Below are positions 59,280 to 64,000 of a stretch of DNA of 64,000 bases, one piece after another (the stretch's first letter is position 1; each line of letters starts with the position of its first letter). This DNA comes from Candidatus Thermosaccharophagus tengchongensis (GTDB lineage: Bacteria > Armatimonadota > Fervidibacteria > Fervidibacterales > Thermosaccharophagaceae). The position numbers were made by a program, and so were the translations under genes. Below the pieces are notes generated by a model. The model searched no databases. It was given only the letters and a program-made list of their open reading frames with translations, and was not told the DNA's origin. The stretch lies in NCBI GenBank assembly GCA_032161105.1, contig JAVHTD010000005.1; one strand, written 5' to 3'.

Positions 59280-60649
59280 CTTCTTACACGGTGGGTTGGC
59301 AGCCTATGCGGATCACTTTCGCCATACACACACTTGGGTGTAAAGTCAACCAGTGTGATTCAGAGCGCTTGGCATCAGAGCTCTGTAAGCTCGGCTTTGA
59401 AAGGAGGCAATTTGGTGAGCCAGCCGATGTTTGCATAATCAACACATGCGCTGTCACGCATATTGCTGAGCAGAAGTCACGCAAGGCGGTATCAAGGGCG
59501 AGGAGAATGTATGAGGGTTCACTCGTGGTCGCGATTGGATGCGGGGTTGAATTGGACCGATTGAGGGGCAATTGCTCGTATGGTATCTGTGACGCATCGT
59601 TTGGCGTCCGTGAGCCGGGAGAGATAGCGAGGGAGATACTCCTTCGTGCCAGAAGCCGTATGCGCGAAAGCGAGTGCAGTCGCGTTGGGGAAGCGAATGC
59701 CTCTCAAGGCGAGCAAGTCGTGACGAAGTGTGGAGAGTTGGGCAGTGCCCGAAAGCGCGTCAGGAGCAATTTGAAGGTGCAGGATGGATGTGACCGCATG
59801 TGCGCATATTGCATTGTCCCATTCCTCAGGGGCAAGCCAAGGAGCCGCCCAATTGAAGAGGTGGTTGCTGAGGCGAAGGCGCTTATAAGCTGTGGGTGTA
59901 GGGAGGTTGTCCTAACTGGCGTTTGTTTGGGAAGCTATGGGAGCGACTTGAGCGATGGTGTGGACATCGTCAAGTTGATTGAACGCCTGTGCAAGCTTGA
60001 TGGTTTGGTCAGGCTGCGCTTGAGTTCGCTTGACCCAAGGGATGTCAGTGAAGACCTAATACTGTTGGCTTCAAGCTGCGAGAAGGTCTGTCCGCACTTT
60101 CACATATCGCTTCAATCCGGTGATGATGAAGTGCTGAGGGCTATGAACCGTGGCTATACAACAGCGCAGTATGAGCGCATCGTCAACTCAATACGAGATG
60201 CTATCCCGGATGTCGCCATAACCACGGATGTGCTCGTCGGATTCCCTGTGGAGACCGAAAAGCATTTTGAAAGGACGCTTCAGTTTGTTGAGCGCATGGG
60301 GTTCGCAAGGGTTCATGTCTTCAAGTTCTCACCGCGCCCGTTTACGAAGGCTGCATCAATGCAGCCACTCATCCCGAGTGACGAACTCAATCGGAGAATG
60401 GAAGTGATGCTCTCTTTAGCTCGTGAGCTCTCTTTCAGGTTTAAGAGCCGTTTTATCGGACGGCAGCTTGATATTCTCGTTGAGGAAGCGGCGCAGGAAG
60501 GTGACATGGTCTATTCGCAGGGGTTAAGCGGGAATTACATTCGCGTGAGAGTTTACGGTGCAATTGAGCCGGGTAATGTCGTCAGGGCAAACTTGGAGAC
60601 GATTGGTGACGGTGACTTTGTTTGGGCAAGTTGTAGCAAAGTGCAATAA
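59276..60649 (+). CDS. mtaB: tRNA t6A37 methylthiotransferase
   Basis: TLGCKVNQ, INTCAVT, KVQDGCDRMCAYC and HVFKFSPR motifs; ATGA overlap with dxs (alternative ATG at 59306). Confidence 0.9.
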   Translation: MTSYTVGWQPMRITFAIHTLGCKVNQCDSERLASELCKLGFERRQFGEPADVCIINTCAVTHIAEQKSRKAVSRARRMYEGSLVVAIGCGVELDRLRGNCSYGICDASFGVREPGEIAREILLRARSRMRESECSRVGEANASQGEQVVTKCGELGSARKRVRSNLKVQDGCDRMCAYCIVPFLRGKPRSRPIEEVVAEAKALISCGCREVVLTGVCLGSYGSDLSDGVDIVKLIERLCKLDGLVRLRLSSLDPRDVSEDLILLASSCEKVCPHFHISLQSGDDEVLRAMNRGYTTAQYERIVNSIRDAIPDVAITTDVLVGFPVETEKHFERTLQFVERMGFARVHVFKFSPRPFTKAASMQPLIPSDELNRRMEVMLSLARELSFRFKSRFIGRQLDILVEEAAQEGDMVYSQGLSGNYIRVRVYGAIEPGNVVRANLETIGDGDFVWASCSKVQ

Positions 60650-60782
60650 ACTTGATTGTGGCTGAACCACACCTGCTAAGCCTGCAGGACATGGAGGGGA
60701 ATGGGTTCAAAGCAATTGACATGTAGTTGCAGGATGGTTGGTGTGGTGGAGTGGAAGCGGCGCAGGTGAGGAGGGATAGAAA

Positions 60783-61232
60783 GTGGCAGATTTGAACTTG
60801 GTAGTTGTGACGGGAGTTTCCACCAAGGATGCGACGCTGAGAAGGCGTCCTTCAGGTGTTGTGAAAGCGGAATTCAGTATAGAGGTGGAGCGACCATTCT
60901 CGCGCGCAAGCGGCGAGCCAATATCGGACCTATTCCTTGTGGATGTTTATGGTCCGTTGGCTGAGCAGTGTGCCCAGTATGTGCGGCGTGGAACGAGGGT
61001 GTTGGTATTGGGCACTTTGAATAAGGAGAGCTTTATCACACGCCTCGGAAGAAGAGAGCACCTCACAGTCATCAAGGCAAAATACATCAAGCTCATTGAA
61101 CCAAGCCATGTTGACTTCGGAGATGTGACGCTTGATGAGCTGCGTCGTGATCAATGGGGAGACGCCACAGTTGCAGAATACACGAAGGCGATAAGCAGGG
61201 TGTTGGCTCACCTCAGGGGCGCAAAGCAGTGA
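60783..61232 (+). CDS. Single-stranded DNA-binding OB-fold protein (atypical SSB paralogue)
   Basis: LNLVVVTG, FSIEVER and LAEQCAQYVRRGTRVLVLGTL motifs; no acidic DDIPF-type tail. Confidence 0.75.
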   Translation: MADLNLVVVTGVSTKDATLRRRPSGVVKAEFSIEVERPFSRASGEPISDLFLVDVYGPLAEQCAQYVRRGTRVLVLGTLNKESFITRLGRREHLTVIKAKYIKLIEPSHVDFGDVTLDELRRDQWGDATVAEYTKAISRVLAHLRGAKQ

Positions 61233-61284
61233 GGTTGCAATCGCACCATAGTGGGATTACAAAGGTATCAAAAGGGATTGAAAG

Positions 61285-62739
61285 CTACAGGATGTAGCGA
61301 GCGAGGTCCCTCTTCTGGACTATGTTCTCAAGGCGCTTCCTCACATACTCGGCATCCACTATCACTGTCTCACCGGCTCTTTCTGGCGCTTCAAAGGATA
61401 TGTCCTCAAGCACCCGCTCCATAACGGTGTATAGTCGTCTTGCGCCTATATCTTCCGTCTCCTCGTTCACAAGTTTTGCGAACCTCGCTATCTCCCTTAT
61501 CCCATCCTCGGTGAATTCAAGCCTTACGCCCTCGGTCTCCAAGAGCGCCTGATATTGCTTGACGATTGCGTTCTCTGGCTCAACGAGTATGCGCCTGAAA
61601 TCCTCCTCGGTGAGCGGATCAAGCTCAACCCTTATCGGGAGGCGACCCTGCAGCTCCGGTATCAAGTCGGATGGCTTTGAGACATGGAATGCGCCCGCAC
61701 AGATGAACAAGATGTGATGCGTATTCACTGCGCCATAACGGGTCATCACTGTCGTGCCCTCAATTATCGGCAGCAGGTCTCGTTGCACGCCCTCCCTTGA
61801 GACATCCGGACCAAATCCCCTTTCCCTCCCCGCTATCTTGTCTATCTCGTCTATGAAAACGATGCCGCGCTGCTGAACACGCTCAATGGCTTCACGAACC
61901 ACTTCATCTTGGTCAATGAGTTTTCTCGCCTCCTCTTGTATCAAGACCCTGCGAGCATCTTTAACCTTCATCAGGCGCCGCTTCTTGCGCCTGCCAAAAA
62001 GCGATTCAATCATCTCCTTTGGGTCAAAGCCGAGCTGTTCTGCGCCTTGCCCTCCAATGACATCAATGAAGATCGGCGGATGCCTCTCCTCAACCTCAAT
62101 CTCAACTTCTTCATCTTCAAACTCACCGGCTTCAATCCTGCGAAGGTAATGCTCCTGCAATCGGCGTATGCGCTCATCAAACTCGGATGAAGTATGCTCG
62201 CCGGCGCCAGTGACCAACCTTGAGAATCCTCCCTCAACAGTTGAGCTCCTGCTGACTTGGGGAACAAGCCTAAGCGCTTCAAGGAGGCGCAAGTTAGCAA
62301 TCCTTGTTGCCTTCCTTTCCACCTCCTTCACCTTTTCGCTCTCGACCATGCGAACTGCTATCTCCGTTAGGTCACGAATGATTGACTCAACATCCCTCCC
62401 AACATATCCAACCTCGGTATACTTTGTCGCCTCAACTTTGATGAAAGGCGCATTCACAAGCTTCGCTATTCGGCGGGCTATCTCCGTTTTACCCACGCCG
62501 GTCGGTCCAATCATGAGCATGTTTTTGGGCGCAACTTCATCGCGCAGATTTTCCGGCAGGAGCAGTCTTCTGTATCGGTTGCGGAGGGCTATAGCAACAG
62601 CGCGTTTTGCCCTCTCCTGTCCAACAATGTATTTGTCAAGTTCGGCAACTATGCGTGATGGCGTCAGTTCAGCTTCATAGGCTAAGTCCGGTGTCACCTT
62701 TCGCGTGAGAGGTAAAAGTTCGCTCATGCAGTTGTTCAC
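61285..62739 (-). CDS. hslU: HslUV protease ATPase subunit
   Basis: LTPSRIVAELDKYIVGQ, GPTGVGKTE, ATKYTEVGYVG, GVQRDLLP and GARRL motifs; terminal RYIL. Confidence 0.96.
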   Translation of the reverse strand: MNNCMSELLPLTRKVTPDLAYEAELTPSRIVAELDKYIVGQERAKRAVAIALRNRYRRLLLPENLRDEVAPKNMLMIGPTGVGKTEIARRIAKLVNAPFIKVEATKYTEVGYVGRDVESIIRDLTEIAVRMVESEKVKEVERKATRIANLRLLEALRLVPQVSRSSTVEGGFSRLVTGAGEHTSSEFDERIRRLQEHYLRRIEAGEFEDEEVEIEVEERHPPIFIDVIGGQGAEQLGFDPKEMIESLFGRRKKRRLMKVKDARRVLIQEEARKLIDQDEVVREAIERVQQRGIVFIDEIDKIAGRERGFGPDVSREGVQRDLLPIIEGTTVMTRYGAVNTHHILFICAGAFHVSKPSDLIPELQGRLPIRVELDPLTEEDFRRILVEPENAIVKQYQALLETEGVRLEFTEDGIREIARFAKLVNEETEDIGARRLYTVMERVLEDISFEAPERAGETVIVDAEYVRKRLENIVQKRDLARYIL

Positions 62740-63129
62740 CCCTTGCGCTTCGCTGCGGCAGTTAGCTCACATTTTACAACCCGCCATCGTGCCATTGTGA
62801 CACAAATGCAGCCCAATGCCCCACCGAATGATAGGTCGCGCTGAGTGCTGTGAGCAAAGTGGCATGGGCATCTACACTAAAGCTCCCCTTGAGCTCAAAG
62901 CCGATGCAGCACATGGCTTAAACGCCGTCTGAGCATTGTGAGTGATAGCAGCATTGTTTGGGTGTATCATGTAACCTGAGCAAGCCGCACATCAGAGTGG
63001 GGATGCGTAATCGCCGGAGCAAGTGCCGTTTCCTTTCGCGCTCGCTTCAGATTGTGCGGGCGCATGACCGTTTGAGCGGCGGGCAGTATGTCCGGCGATG
63101 GAGGTTGAGTTGCATCATGGCAATATGAC

Positions 63130-64000
63130 ATGCGTTTGAGGTGCCGCAAGATGCCAAAGGGCATAGCCACACAGCTTGCAAGCGAGTTTGAATCGGTTGC
63201 AGTGGTTGCCAGCGCTGCCGCAAAGCTTCAGGCTATAGTTCGCGGCGTATCGGTGTCTCCAAAGAGGTTTCATACAGCGCTTCATCATGCCCTTGGTGCA
63301 ATGATGGCACCGATCAATGCCATCTCAAACTTCAGGCGTTCATTCGGGTGTGGTTGTGAAAGGCTCTCGGTTCCGGTTGTAAGCGTTGGCAATTTGACTT
63401 ATGGTGGCTCCGGTAAGAGTCCATTCTGCAGGTGGCTTGCAAGGCGATGTGTTGAGGAGGGTTTCAAAGTCGGGATAGTGCTTCCAAGTTATGGTGCGTT
63501 GGGCAAGCGATGCTCAACTCCGTTAACCGAGGATGAGCTTTTGGAGCACTTGCATTACTTGCCTCATTTGCAAATTGCAATGGGGCGGAGAAGGGAAGTG
63601 GCTGCAAGGCATTTGATTGAGAAGGGCTGTAACCTCATCTTGCTTGACGATGGTTTCCAGTATCGCTTGTTGTATAGGGACCTTGACATTGTGCTTGTTG
63701 ATGCCCTTCACGAGCTGCACAGCTTTTGCCCGATGCTCCGTGAGCCGCCCGGGGCATTGAAACGAGCTGATATTGTTTGCCTGGCGAAAGCGAGCGCTGC
63801 AAGGATGCTCATCGGGGATTGGCATTTGGAGAGGCTTATGGAGCTCATCAAAAGCTCACTGAAGCTCGGCGAACTCGTCATGGTGGATTTCACGCCGGTT
63901 GACTTGGTTAGGATCACTACTTTGGAGACGCTGCAGCTTGGATCGTTAGCTGGTGCAAAGGTAGTTGGCGTTGTTGGCACTGCAGAACCATACAGTTTCT
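63130..64000 (+). CDS. lpxK: Tetraacyldisaccharide 4'-kinase, 3' end outside window
   Basis: Not in ORF track. Manual translation gives VPVVSVGNLTYGGSGKSP, ILLDDGFQY..RDLDIVLVD and PMLREP; start uncertain (63130 or 63151). Confidence 0.85.
   Translation, partial: MRLRCRKMPKGIATQLASEFESVAVVASAAAKLQAIVRGVSVSPKRFHTALHHALGAMMAPINAISNFRRSFGCGCERLSVPVVSVGNLTYGGSGKSPFCRWLARRCVEEGFKVGIVLPSYGALGKRCSTPLTEDELLEHLHYLPHLQIAMGRRREVAARHLIEKGCNLILLDDGFQYRLLYRDLDIVLVDALHELHSFCPMLREPPGALKRADIVCLAKASAARMLIGDWHLERLMELIKSSLKLGELVMVDFTPVDLVRITTLETLQLGSLAGAKVVGVVGTAEPYSF

Noticed and set aside
1..64000. CRISPR array or cas genes
   Set aside because: No regularly spaced direct repeats and no Cas motifs were seen.

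Overview
Bacterial chromosomal window of mostly housekeeping genes. The prepilin-like DUF1559 protein, DUF4838, PmoA-like protein, lpxK and GC-rich tRNA stems suggest a thermophilic diderm, possibly Armatimonadota/Fervidibacteria-like (inference only). Recognisable content: htpX, aconitase, an M16 peptidase pair, a SAM-I riboswitch before an archaeal-type SAM synthetase, a convergent methyltransferase/restriction-endonuclease pair, hdrCBA, gltX, selD, fabI, five tRNAs, nadD-rsfS-dapA, dxs-mtaB, hslU and lpxK. Features the ORF track misses or does not explain: (1) a monocistronic 100-aa gene made only of two GyrA beta-pinwheel blades; (2) a convergent SNF2 helicase plus YqhG-like partner whose tail is about 13 tandem CxxC-x4-Cxx[C/H/D] repeats; (3) an in-frame UGA (selenocysteine) in selD; (4) a DnaA-box cluster at 40.25-40.43 kb (oriC candidate) with no dnaA nearby; (5) an unassigned ~240-nt structured RNA upstream of hdrCBA; (6) a long switch-like leader after the SAM-I aptamer; (7) a Clp1-type kinase next to a histidine phosphatase; (8) an orphan BREX-like ATPase; (9) head-to-head IS5/IS903-like remnants; (10) apparent depletion of five 4-bp palindromes. 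All family calls come from motif recognition by eye; no database search was run.
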